A DNA stretch of 64,000 bases from Blastocladiella emersonii ATCC 22665 (Eukaryota > Fungi > Blastocladiomycota), in assembly GCA_025594325.1 (NCBI GenBank), contig JANHCV010000007.1, forward strand, positions 868,001 to 932,000. Reading direction: 5' to 3'. Below, in pieces: positions 1-12,339 of this stretch (positions within the stretch are counted from its first letter, which is position 1; each line of letters opens with the position of its first letter). The notes under the pieces were generated by a model. The model was given only the letters and a program-made list of their open reading frames with translations, was not told the origin of the DNA and did not search any database. The position numbers and the translations under genes are program-made.

Positions 1-2650
1 CGGCGCTTCAGGCGCGTGCTCCGGAGCGGGCTGATGCGGCTGCGAGTCGGCGGCGACCACGGCAGCGGTGACCACAGCGGCTGCTGCTACGGCGACCAGG
101 GCCGAGGCGACGGCAAAGTCGGCGGCGGGTTGAGGCTCCTGCTCGGCCTTGGGCTCGGCCGGCGCTGTAGCCTGCTGCGCGACGGGCACGGGTTGCGGGG
201 TGGACTCTTCGACGACGGCGGCGACGGGCTGCTGGTCCTGCGCCGCTTCGGCCGGGACAGGTGCGGCGGGCTCCTCGGCAGCGACTGGAGCCGGCACGTC
301 GGCGGGTGCCGAGGCCTGCTCGGCTGGCACCGGACTTGGTTCGGTGGCCGTGGCGAGGGCGTTGGTTGACGCGGCCCGCTCGGCGAGCGCCGGCTCCGAC
401 TTGGCGACGGCCACCGCCTGCTCCTGGAGCGCAGCGTCGGCGGCGAGAGCCGGCGCGGGCTGCGTCTCGGCCTTCTGCGCTGCAGGCTCCTGCTTCTGCT
501 CGGCCACCGACTCTTGCGGCGCCGCCTTAGCCGGCTCAGCGAGCGCCTCGATCGACTTGGCCTTAGACGCCGAGTGATGAAGGGCCGACGAGGAGCCGAG
601 CGCGGCCTTGGACGACGACTTGGAGCGGTTGAGCTGCTCGTTGCTCCGGGTGTGCAGGATCTTGGTGATGGCCGCCGGCACGTCGCCGCCGAGCGCCGCG
701 ATCTGGTTGACGAGGACGCGCTCGGACGCCGTCAGCTTGTCGTACCCGTCGCACGTCGACGGGTCGACGGGTGCGGCGCGAGGGGCGGGCTCCTCGTGCT
801 TCGGCGCGAGTGCAGGGGTCGGTTCGGGTCTATGGTAGCGAGGATGGTCAGCTCGAGTAATGGTGCGTGCCCACAAAGATAAGGCGTACCGAGACACCGG
901 CGGGTCCGCGAGCTGCATCATGACCTGGTACTTGAACACGACGAGGTCCTGCTGTACGTGCGGCAGTCCCGTTGCGTACTTGAACACCATGTCAGCGGCC
1001 GCATCGCGGTCCGCGGCGTCGTGAAGCAGGTGCGCCGACCGGGCACGAAGCAGCGCTGCCTCGGCCAGCACAGCGCGTAGGGGCTGGCAGTCGGCGAGCA
1101 CGGCCGGCGGGTGCGACGACTCAATCTTGCGGCACAGCTCCGACGCGGCGCCGTGGGCCTGCGCGGCGTTGTTGCCGTCGAGGAGCGCCGGCGTCGCCTG
1201 CTCGAGGGCCTCGCGGTATCGCTGGATTCTACACTCAGAGTTTGACACGGTCAGATTCGCTCGAGCCGAAGGGAATAGTCACGAGCTCGTACTCATCAGC
1301 TGTCGGAGCAGGCACGGGCTGCGCAGGCGGCGGCGCTGCAAACGCTTCGCGTGGCACTGGTTCATGAACGGGAGCTGGCTCAGCCGCAGCGACCGGCGGC
1401 GTAGCCGGCTTCTCGATGGGCTGGACCCGCCGCGACGCCGACCCTGGCCGGGCCGAGTGCGGTTTCTCGTGGTGCACCGGCTCGGCCGGCTGCTGCTGCT
1501 GCTGGGCCGCGGCGGCGAGCTGAGCCGAAGACCCCGAGTCGAAATCGTCGGCGTAGTTGGCGTCCTCGGCCTCCTTTTCCTGCTGCTCCGGGATCGCCGG
1601 CGGCGACGCGGGCCGCGCGGCGGCGCCATCGTGACCGAGGTACCGCGTCGGCATGCCTGTCGGTACAATCCGGCGCGGCAGCGACTTGACGGGCGGGAGC
1701 AGCGAGCGCGTGTAATTGTCGACGATGACCGTGGCGCGGTCCGCGGTCCGGCCACGCGGCGGGCCCTGCGGCGGCATCGGCGAGGTCCCGCTCGCCTGGC
1801 GCACGACCACCTCGACCTCGCGGTCCAGGTCGCGCTGCTGCGCCTCGACCTCGAGCTGCATGTTGCGCTCGGCGCGGTCCATGGCCAGCTGCATGTACTG
1901 GAACTCGCGCTCGTCGACAATGTACCCGTCCTCGTCGATCTACACGGCCGCAGTGGTGAGTGATGATGGCCCGACTCAGGTGCAGCGACGCGACGTACGA
2001 TCTTGAGCTTCTGCAAATGCTCGCGGATCGACGGCAAGTTGAAGTAGTCCTGCAAAAAGTCGTCGAGCAGCGGCTCGTACGTCGGCATGCCCGTCGACAC
2101 CAAGTTCACGTCGTACACCTTCTCGCGCGCGCGCTGCTTGAGGTGCTCGTTGCTGATCAGGGACCTACAGCCGGCGGCCATCGTCAGCCATCGAATCCCG
2201 CAAGTATCCCCCAAACTCGATCACGAACCCGCCCTGCTCGCGATTGCGCGACACCGGCCGCGACGCACCTGCGGCTCCGCCGCTGTAGATGGCCGCCGTG
2301 GACGGGACCCCACGCTCGCGCGTGACTGGACGGGACCCGCCGCGCTCGGGCGACGCCGCCTTGGACGCGGGCGCCGAGACGGTGCCCGACTGGAGCTGCG
2401 GCAGTTTCGTGGACGCCTGCGCCTGCGTGTATCCGTCGCCGTTGCGGTCACGGCTGACGGGGCGGCTGCGGGACGGCTTGCCGCCGTTAGCCCCGGTGCG
2501 CGATGGCGGGCGGACGGGCGCCGTGGTGTCCCACTCGGGGAGCGATGGCTCGGGCGGCCGCTTGCTCGGTGACGCCGGCATGCTGCTCGCGCCGCCGCCG
2601 CCGCCGCCGCTGCGGCCGGACGCGGTCCGGTTTCTCGCGCGGTCGGCCAT
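1..2650 (-). CDS. Multi-exon protein with an ERICH3/FSIP2-type motif and a long Ala/Pro/Glu-rich tail; 3' end runs off the window
   Basis: ATG at 2650 (MADRARN). Joining exons across GT-AG introns near 2.2, 1.97, 1.27 and 0.86 kb gives TYEPLLDDFLQDYFNLPSIREHLQKLKI|IDEDGYIVDEREF, resembling the ERICH3 N-terminal motif YNSLxDxHLxxYFxxxRIRRHLxxxGLIxxxGxIxxExE. One junction near 1.1 kb is unresolved. Confidence 0.6.
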
Positions 2651-3062
2651 GGTGTCGGTCCGTCCGGTCGGGCGCGCGGTGATGATCGGGGTGTGGTACG
2701 TTGGATGAAGCGACGAGGATGCGTCAAGAAGGCGCAGTCGCATGCATGGATCTCAGTGAGTTGGAGCTCGTGCAAATTGATGACGGAGGCAGTCGACGGA
2801 TCGGGCCCCACGCGTGCTCCGTGGATCACGGAATACATTTTCCTCGTTGCAGACCGACCGCGTCTCCTGAGGATGGGACACATCGCGGAGCTCTCCTGCC
2901 ACCAGTCGCGGCGCGCGGCACAGGGTGAGACGCGTCGCGTCGCGCCGCGCCAGTGTCTCCCGGCACGCGAGCCGTGCGTGATTGATAAACGTGTGAATCA
3001 AAAACGGGATCGATGATTAACTACTCTTCATATGTACAACTAACATCCACGCGTTCTCACTC

Positions 3063-6000
3063 TCAGCCCATGGCCGTGGCCAGGCACCGCCACAGGGCCC
3101 GGGTGAGGGCGCGCACAAAGAACTCGACGGCCGCGCCCACGTTCTGCTCCTTCTCGTCGCGGATCACCACGTTGACGTGCGGCGGGTGCAGCGAAAGCAG
3201 GTACATGGCCGAGTCGTTCGGGTTGACGAACATGCGGAGCTTGCCGTCCTCGCCAATCGCGCGGACCCCGTAAGGCCACTCGGTCTCGAGGGCGGCCGAG
3301 ATCGCTACACACACGGTAAGGAGGTCAGTGGCCGCACCGAGGCGTTACCGCGATTGAGAAAACGTACCGTCCCAGTCGCCGGGAATCGAGAGCAGCATGT
3401 GCATGCTCGGGTCGAGAGCGACGAGGGAGACGCAAAAGAACTCGCGCGCCGTGGCGAACCACTCGCGCGTGCCGCCGCGGTGGTCGGCATCGAGGAGCGA
3501 CCGCCACTGCTGGTCGCGCGCGAGGTGCGCTGCGGCGCGCTGGACGAGCTCGGAGATGGTCGCCTGCGCCTGCGCCTGCACGTCCTCGCTGGCCGGCGGC
3601 GGCTCCATGACCTCGGTCCGCTTGCGTGGCAGCGTGACGTGCGGGAACCCGGTCGGCGAGACGAGACTGGTGCCGCCCGTGCACTCGAGGACAAAGTACT
3701 CGATCCCGGTCGGCACCTGGCGCAGGACAGCGAGGTACTTGATGAGCGGCGACGCGTCGTGCCCGCCGTCGGCACCACCGACGCCGTCGCTGCCACCGCG
3801 CGTCCAGGTGATGAAGAAGGCGTTGGACTGCGTCATGAGCCCGAGTCGGAACCGCATCGGGTGCGAGAACAGGTACGAGACGAGCTGCGAGTTGGGCTCG
3901 GCGACGACGCCGTGGAACAGGCGGCACCGCGAGTACCCGGCGGGCGGGAAGTGGAGCAGCAGCGTGCGCAGGACGTCGATGACGCTGAACACGGTGACGG
4001 CGGACCCGGCGATCAGGTTCCAAACGGTGCGGATGTGAAAGTCAAACGCGAACGAGTTGACGTGGATCAGGTTCTTGAACTTGGAGCACTCCTCGGCGAA
4101 CAGCCGGAACGACTGCCGCGAGTAGTCGGGCACGTTGAACCCGGGGCTCGGCAGCCGCTGCTGGTGCGGGCCGTACCGCCGGTTGACCGTGTACAGGTTG
4201 ACGGCGAGGAATATGTGCTTGAGCGACACCTCGACGAGCAGGATCCCGCCCTGGAACGACTTTTGCATGTACACGCGGTCGCTCGGCACCGTCAGGTCGG
4301 GCCCGATCAACAGCGTGTCGCGGTCGGCCTGCCGGCTGACGACCACGAGGCCCAGCGTGCCGAGGTAGTGGCAGTACTGGTTGAGCAGCGTCGCCGCGAG
4401 CCGCGCCATGTACGCCCGCGTGTCGTCGGCGTTGCTGGTGAGCGGCGCGCTCGCGAAGCTGAACTGGTCGATGGCGCGCGCGTTGAACACGAGCGGCGTG
4501 CGGCACCAGTGGATGAGCCGCGCGAACCGCAGGACGTGCTTGAGGTCGAGGTCGCTGACCTTTGACGACGGCGACACGGGCCGCGTGGCCTGACCGGCGG
4601 CAACTGCTGCTGGTGGCGGTGGCGAACCCTGCCGCTTCGCGACAGCCTTGCTGGCGTCGTCGCCCTCGACGCCATCGCTCCCGCTGAGGTAGCGCTGGTG
4701 GCGCTGGCGCCAGCGGTTGTAGATGGTGCAAAAGTACTCGGACCGCTCGCGCTCGCGCGTGTACGACGCGAGGAACTCCTCGTACTCCTTGACGTGCTCC
4801 TCGGCGAGAGGGACCTCGGGCACCGTCTCCTCGATGCTGGGCGCCGCCGTAGCGGCAGCCGCGGGCTCCTCGACAGCAGCAGCTGCCACGGACCCGGAGC
4901 TGCCCGAGACCTCGGCGACCGACGGCAGCGGGGCGGCAGAGCCGATTTCCGTGCACGCGCCGGGCGCATCCACCGCCCGCGGCCCATGGCGCGCGAAGGG
5001 CGGGAAGCTCTGGACCTCGCGATCGCGGAACCCGAGTTTCGCCATGGCCACGTCCTGGACGCGCTGCATCTGGCCGCTGTACGTGTCGAGGAACGCGGCG
5101 ACGGCGTTACCGAGCGCCGTGAACGTGGCGGCCTTGACGTCCCACGCGACGGCGTGGATGGCGCGCGGCTCGACGAGGACGAGGACGAGCAGCGTGCGCG
5201 ACACGTTGACGCGCGCGATCTTGTCGCTGCGGAGGTAGTGCGTGTGCGTCGCGTAGAACCCGAGCTCGTCGGACGGCGTGCTGGGCCCAATCTGCACGAG
5301 AGCGCGCGGGTTGGCCGGGTCGGGCACGGGCGCGAGCGCGCCGAGCCCCGCGGTGGCCGCGGCGAGGTGCGCCGCGAGCGGCTTGAGCTTCCACGCGGCG
5401 AGCCGGACGGGGAACGTGCGGATGTGGAAGCACGGGTGGGCGCACGCGGGTCCGCGGGCGGCCATGGACTGCGGAATCTCGGCGAACGTGCGGTCGCGGA
5501 TGATCCGGTCCATGTCGACGTCGAACACGGCCTGCTCGTGCGCGAGGCGGACGTGGTCGACGAGCGCGTCGAGGTGCACGCTGCCGTGTGACCACACCTC
5601 GACCATCCACTCGAGCCCGTCGGCGGACTCGGGGTGGTGCAGCAGGACCTCGCCGTCGCGCGACAGGTACAGGCAAACACACCCGATGCCCTGGCCGATG
5701 GCGGCCTCGGCAGCGGACGGGTTCCGCGTTGAGACGCCGCAGTACAGGAACGCCATGTCGCCGGGCGACATGTCTGAGGGCTCACCGGCCACGTCGTAGC
5801 GGATCTGGAGGTGCTGCATGAGTGTCTGCGCGACGTCGGCACCGCCGAGGATCGTGGTGAAGAGGAGCATCGACTGGCGGAAGTAGGTGAGGTACGTCGC
5901 CGAGGGCTCGGTTCCAAGCTGGATGAACCGCGTGATGCGCGGGCCGCGCGACAGCGGGAGGAGGAAATCCACGTCGGCCTTGGTCAGCCGCAGCAGCGAC

Positions 6001-9000
6001 ACGGCGTTGCGCGACAGGTGCGTGCTGACGTGCTGCAGCACGACGTGGGTAATGCGCGCCGAGATCATGCCGAGCACCTCGTTGGTGAACTCCTTGGACG
6101 GCGGGTCGATGCCGTGCAGGCTGATGACGAGCTTGCGCTGCGTGCTGCTCGGCGTCGACGGCGACGTGGTGTTCGAGTCGTCGTCGGCCATGCCCATCTG
6201 GCTCGCCGAAGACGCGACGGCGGGCGTCGAGTTGAGGCTGCCACCACCGCCCGCGCCGCCTCCGGCCCCGCCCGTGCCCGTCATGGACGACATGGGCGTC
6301 GACGTGGACGGGAGCGCGGCGGCGCACGTCTCGCTGAGCTGCATGTAGTAGATCTCGTCGCCGGGCGCGCCGGGCGACATGACGAACACGTTGCGGCGGT
6401 TGTTGACCGAGAGCGAGCTGAGCATGCCGGCGACGCTGTTGAGGGCGGCCATGGGCTTGAGCCGCCAGTGCAGCGGGAACGTGTGGGTAAAGACGGCGGG
6501 GCACGCGAACTGGCCGATCGCCATGGCCTTGCCCTTGCGGGCGCTGCCGCCCGCACCGCTGAGCTCCTTGTCGCGCGGCTCGGGGTTGTCGGGCATGATG
6601 AGGTATTTGGAGGACGTGTGCGTGTCGCGGAGCTCCATGAGCAACATGCGCGTGTTGAGCATGTGCGCGACCTCCTGGGCCACGGCCTGGAACAGCGACA
6701 CGACCTCGGCCGACTGCGCGAACAGCGTGATGCTGGAGCTGCCCTCGGGCATGAAAATGATCCACTCGCGCATCGGGCCGAGCTCGACCGTCGACCCGCG
6801 GCGGTCCGTCGCCGATACAAGGTCCAACGACGAGCGGTTCGACTGCTGGTGCGCGTCTTTTTGCGGCGGGAGAATGATCCCGAGCCCGGCCTCGAGATCG
6901 TCGGCGTCCAGGTCGAGCGAGGCCCGCGCCGACGGCGACGCGCGCGAATCGCCACCGTTCCCGCCACTCCCCGTCCCGTCAGACGGCGTCGCGCGTGGCA
7001 CGAGGTAGAAGCACCCGTCAAGGCGGACGCAGTGATACGCGCCGTAGTGGGCGCGCTCCATCTCGCGCAGGAGCAGCGGCGCGGGCGCGCCCTTGAACAG
7101 CGGGAGCGGGATCGCGTGGCGCTGCAGGATGTTGAGCTCCTTGAGGACGAGCTGGACGCGCTCGAGCGACACGTGGTCGAGGTGCAGGAGCAGGCGCGCG
7201 ATGGTCTGGCGGAGGTGCGCGTTGAGGTCGGCCATGTGCGCGTCGATGATGGACGTGAGCGCGGGCGCGTCGCGCTCGAGCGAGTAGAAGCACAGGTGCA
7301 GCTCGAGCGGGAACGACGGCAGCGTCAGCGACTCGCCAGCGGCCGCGAGGTGCTCGCCGAGGTTGAGCGGCGGCGCCGGGGCCACGGGCAGCGCCGTGAC
7401 ACGCCGCGAGTGGTCGGGCTGCGTGAAGGTCATGGCGCTGAAGTAGTAGGGCTGGATGAGCGTGAAGAAGGCCGAGTCGGGGATGATGCGCATGAACCCG
7501 TTGAGCTGCTTGCCGAACTGCGCGACCGCGTCCTGGATCAGCGCCGTGAACTTGGCGCCGGCCGCGGGCGAGTCGGCAGCCGCCGCGGCCGCGCGGAGCC
7601 GCTCGAAGACGAGCATGAGGCGCGAGATGTCGAGCGACGCCGAGACCTCGTGGAGCGCCTCGATGCACAGGGCGACGTCGCGCGGGTGGAGCTGGTGCGA
7701 CAGCGAGTAGACGCACTCGACGGCGGCGGGCCACGTGCACGCGTACAGGATCCCCTCAATGTCCTGGGTCGTGACGTGGTACGACGTGTAGTAGAAGGTG
7801 GACACGAGCGCGTTGCGGGTCTGCGGGGCGCGCGAGTGCGGGCACAGCGGGACCGAGTCCCACACGTGGTACGACATCTTGTCGACGAGGCACTCGTAGA
7901 CGATCGTGTAGGGCACGCGCGTGTCGCGCGGCACGAAGAAGATCATGACCGTGACCGACACGTAGATGAAGCAGTCGAAGCTCGACAGCGGCGCCTCGAG
8001 CCCGTGGTACTGGTGGATCGCGTGGTGCACGTTGTCGTGGTCGAACGAGCACTCGAGCGACATGCACGACGCCGCGAGGTGCCGCTTGACGGTGCGCGTG
8101 AGCGAGGTGACGGGCACGTTGATCTGCAGGCTGGTCCCGAGAATCGTCATCTTGCTGTGCGTGAGCACGTTGTGCAGCGAGAAAAGCCGGTCGTCCTCGG
8201 GCACGTTGTTGTGCAGCAGGCAGTCGATCGTGTACATGGCCGACAGCTTCTCGGTGAGGTTGCGCGACTCGACCTTGCGCGACACGGGCAGCTGGTAGTT
8301 GCTGATGATGAGCTGCTGGTCCTTGGAATGCACGCGGCACTGCAGCGTGTCCTTGGCCAGCACGATGAAGTCGGACCCGGAGTCGACCACCGCGTACCCC
8401 TGCTGCGTGTGGTGCTGGACCGTGAGCCCGCTCATGCGCTGCAGCAGGTCGGGCGACACCGTGTACACGTACTGGCGGTGCTTGAGCAGCGCGCGGTTCA
8501 TGTCGACGTACGGCCCGTGCGCGATGCTGATGGCGCCGTGGAACCGGCTCGTCTGCAAAATGTCGGGCACGCTGCGGTACCCGAAGTACAGGCACCGCCA
8601 CGACGAATGGTGGCGCGACCCTGCGACGGCCGTGATGGCGGCGAACCCGAACCCTCCGCCGTAGTCGGCGTTGGGGCCCAGCTGCACGTAGTACCGGCCG
8701 CTGCCGCTGCTACTGCCGGCGCCGACCTCGAGCGACGCCCACTGCTTGAGCGCGAACAGGAGCTCGGGCTCGGGGATGGCGACGTCAATCGTCTCCTCGT
8801 CCATCCACTGCGCATGGGTCTTGAGCAGCGACTCGATGATCTGGACCGTGGTCTGGGTCTGCGCGGGGGTCTCGCGGCCGCGGCCGCCGCCGCCGCCGGG
8901 CGGGTGGTTGCGGCTGATCTTGGCGACGACCTCAGTGATGACCTTGTGGGCGAGGTCCTGGTCGAGAAGGGTCTTGAGAAAGTCGTGGAACCCGACCACG

Positions 9001-10518
9001 TCGCTGCGGGCGTGCTGGGCGGGCGACTGCTTGAAGAGGTCCATGGTGAACTCGGAGTAGGCGAGGATGTTGATCTCGACGCGGGCCGCGGACCAGTCGA
9101 GGCGCGACTTGATGCGGTACTGCAGCGTGACGTGCGGGAGCCAGTGGAGCAGCATGTGGACGCTGATACGCTCGCGCATCGTGACGTTGAGGATGATGAA
9201 CCCCTGGGCTAGCCGGGCGCGGATCACCTGCAGCGGGAGCAGCACCTCATAGTCGCGGTACCGCGTCGGGATGCAGTTGATGGGCAGCGGCTGCGAGCAG
9301 TCCCACGGGAACGCGAGGTGCGCGTGCGACGGCGGCGAGAAGTCGAAGTTGAACTGGCGCGGCATGCGCTGCTGGAACGACCGGTCGCGCAAGAGCAGCT
9401 CGTCGGCGTCGAACCCGGCGAGCCACTTCCCGCCCGTCGAGTGCGTGACGTGCTGCAGGATCTCGACCTCGGGGACGTGCCCGAAGCACTTGATGTGCTG
9501 CTCGAGGAGGAGCACGTGCACGGGGATGTCGCGCGCGGCGAGCTCGAAGAGGACGGGGACGTGCGAGCCCGTCGCGTAGATGCCGTCCGTGATGAGCACG
9601 ATGCTGTGGAACCCGCCCTCGACGAGCCGCACCGTGTGCAGGCACACGGACAGGAGGTCCTGGAGGCGGCTCGGGACCGACGCGGTCACGTCCACGTCGA
9701 GCATCTTGCTGATGATGCGCACGACGCGCTTGAACGAGGTGCTGCGCGCGAGCCGCACGCGCGCGAGGTAGCGCAGCGGGTTCTCGGTCGCGCCGACGTC
9801 GGCGAGGATGGACAGCTCGATGACGGCCTTGCTCTGCACACACGATTGTGTTCGTCAACTCGCGGTTTCGGCGGCGCGCGTGAGAGCGAAGCGTACCGAT
9901 GACGCCGCGCGGGACAGCGTCTCCCAGAGCGCGCGAAAGTGGTCGAAGACGCGCTCGAGCAGGACGCCGCGGAAGCTGACGGAGCGGACGCTGCTGCTCA
10001 GGTCGAGAACGACGACAAAGTGGTAGAGGTCGCTAACGACGCGGATGCGGGTCTGCGACGTGAGCTGGAGCAGCTGCCGCGGATCGACAGGCGGTTCTGG
10101 CGGCGCAGGCTTGGTGGTGAAGATGGGCGACGCGTGCGCCTTGTAGACGGACGCGGACTTGATGGTGCACGCATTTTTCAGGACCTAGAGAACAGCAGGG
10201 CCACGGGCGTAAGCGCTCGCGAAGCTGCTGCGCAGAGCGCGAGGCCGTACGTTTTTCTCGTGCCAGTTGGAGATACTAAACGGGTGGCCGAGCAGCTTGA
10301 GGAGCACGTCCTCGATGCGCGTAAACTTGAGAGCATCGGCCTGGCGCGCGTTGAGCTGCAGCACGAGGCCCTTGACCGCCTACTTGCAAGAAACTCGTCA
10401 GGGCCGCCATTTCATTTGTGATACATGGTAGAGCGAGACCCACCTGAACATCTGCAGGAAGTCGCTGGCGCCGTTCGACGCGGCGGTCCGCGTCGTGGCG
10501 CTGCTTGGGTGCGATCAT
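3063..10518 (-). CDS. SZT2: KICSTOR complex scaffold SZT2 homolog (about 2400 aa, mostly in one 6.5-kb exon)
   Basis: Motifs matching animal SZT2 by eye: TRIRVVSDLYHFVVVLDLSSS, IRARLAQGF...LLHWLPHVTLQY, LSSLSVNNRRNVFV...IYYMQLSE, HVNSFAFDFHIRTV. Three short 5' exons from the ATG at 10518; last intron 3305-3367; TGA at 3063. Confidence 0.9.
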
Positions 10519-10662
10519 CGCGGGCAGCGGGAGCGGCGGCCGCGCGCGGCGCGGCGCGTCGTCGAATCCCACTCACTTTCCCGACTCTGTGTCTCAGGCA
10601 GGCTCAGGAACTAGGACTCTGTTGTACCACTCAATGGAGACAAACGGTGTGCGCACCCGCGG

Positions 10663-12079
10663 TCAGAGCGCCATGCCCCACACCTCGAGCTCGTAGCAGG
10701 TGAACGACTCGTCCGTGGACAGGACCGGGTTGTTGAATGTTGGGACCGCGTGCGACTTGCCCGACTCGAGGTCCGAGTCGAGGTAGATGGCGAACTTGCC
10801 GTCGCTACACGGGCGGGAGTGGTGAGGGCCAGAGCGGGCCGTGGTTGCGGCGAGAAGACGCGTACCCAGCGCCGACGGCAAAGTATTTGGGATCGCCGAA
10901 CAGGAAGAAGTCGTTCATGCCGGTCCACTGGTGGATGTTGACGTTGGTGGTGCCGTCGGCCGCCGAGTTACAGTCGTACACGAACCTGGACGCACAGTCG
11001 CGGTTAGCGCGCGTCGCCACAACCAGAATCACGGCGGAACGTACGTCTCGCCGGTGCCGTAGAACGAGCTGGCGCTGTACTTGAGCGGGTCCGAGAGGTA
11101 GGCGCCAAACAGCTACAGACGAGTGAAACGCGTCAGTGACCACACTCAAATGCGCGCAAGTACGCGAGGATCGTACCTTGCCGTGCGAGTTCTGGATGAT
11201 CAGCACGAAGCCGCGCGGCTGCACCGAGTTGGACGAGACGACCCGCTGGAACCGGCTGTACAACGTGGCGAGTGAGATGCCGTGCTGGTCCATAGAGTAG
11301 ACGAGGTTCCAGCGGTCGGCGAGCCGCGGGAGCGCCGGCATGGACCGGCGGATCTACAAGCGAAGACGTGAGCACCATCTCACGGCGCGTCCAAGAGTCA
11401 GGGTGTACCTGCTGTGCGATTTCGGGCGTCATGAGCGCATGCGTCGTCTCGATCCGGCCCTCGAGCGCGATGACGCGCTCCTCATCGAGCGACTCGGCAA
11501 TCGAGGCGCGGCGCGCCTCCCTCTCGAGCTCCTCGGGCGTCGGCTCCTCCTCCTCGAGCATGACCGCCTCGACGGGCGACTCGCGCAGGACGGCCTCCTC
11601 GGAGATGGTCTCGACCGACGGGTCGCGGCGCACCACGTGCGTGAACCCGTCGAGCGAAGAGGTGCGGTGCATGTCGCTCCCGGGCAGCGACGACGAGAGG
11701 TCCGACTCGGACGGCAGCGAGTGCGCCGACACGGATGTGGACAGCTGCCCCGTGCTCGAGGACGCGCTGGACGAGCCGCTGTTGTGATGCATGTACGACG
11801 AGATGGGGCTCCACACCGTGTTGATGAACGAGCCAATGGTCGTCGTCAGGCTCGACGGCAGCGTCTGCGCGCGCTGCCGCGGGTCGCGCTGTCCCGCTAC
11901 ACGCGAGGTGTGCTGTTAGAACCGCATTCCCCACTCGACAAGAATACAGTCCCTGTACCAGGAGCACCCGTCGCAGCACGCGCACGCGACTGCTGCTGCG
12001 CCGCGTTCCCGTCGCTCACGCTGCGCGCGGGTGCCGGCTCGACAGGCTGGAACCAGGCGTCAATGTATTCCGAGTCCAT
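10663..12079 (-). CDS. OXR1: TLDc-domain oxidation resistance protein (OXR1-like)
   Basis: Spliced C-terminus reads WNLVYSMDQHGISLATLY...FGAYLS...FYGTGE...NDFF...FAVGAG|DGKFAIYLDSDLESGKSHAVPTFNNPVLS...LEVWG, a canonical TLDc domain. GT-AG introns restore the frame. Confidence 0.88.
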
Positions 12080-12339
12080 GAGCGTTGCGTAGAGTTGTGT
12101 TCATTGAGTTGCGTTAGCAGGCAAGGGAGAGGGGGTGAGGAGGGAGAACGCGAGCAGCGCAACGCAACGCGTGCGAGCCGGCGCCACTCGCACACGTGGC
12201 CGCGCGCCGATCTGTCTCGCGGAGACGGGCCACGTGATGCCGTCAACAGCCTCGCGTTCGTGGCGCAGGCGCTCAGCCCTCCTCCTTCCTGACCTGATCC
12301 CGTTCATGTGAACGCGTAGCCCACACGCAACGTAAGCAA

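Noticed and set aside
5811-9212. 1133-aa plus-strand ORF and many other long antisense or alternate-frame ORFs
   Set aside because: These are shadows of GC3-biased real genes on the opposite strand or frame; they are Arg/Gly/Ala-rich with no motifs.
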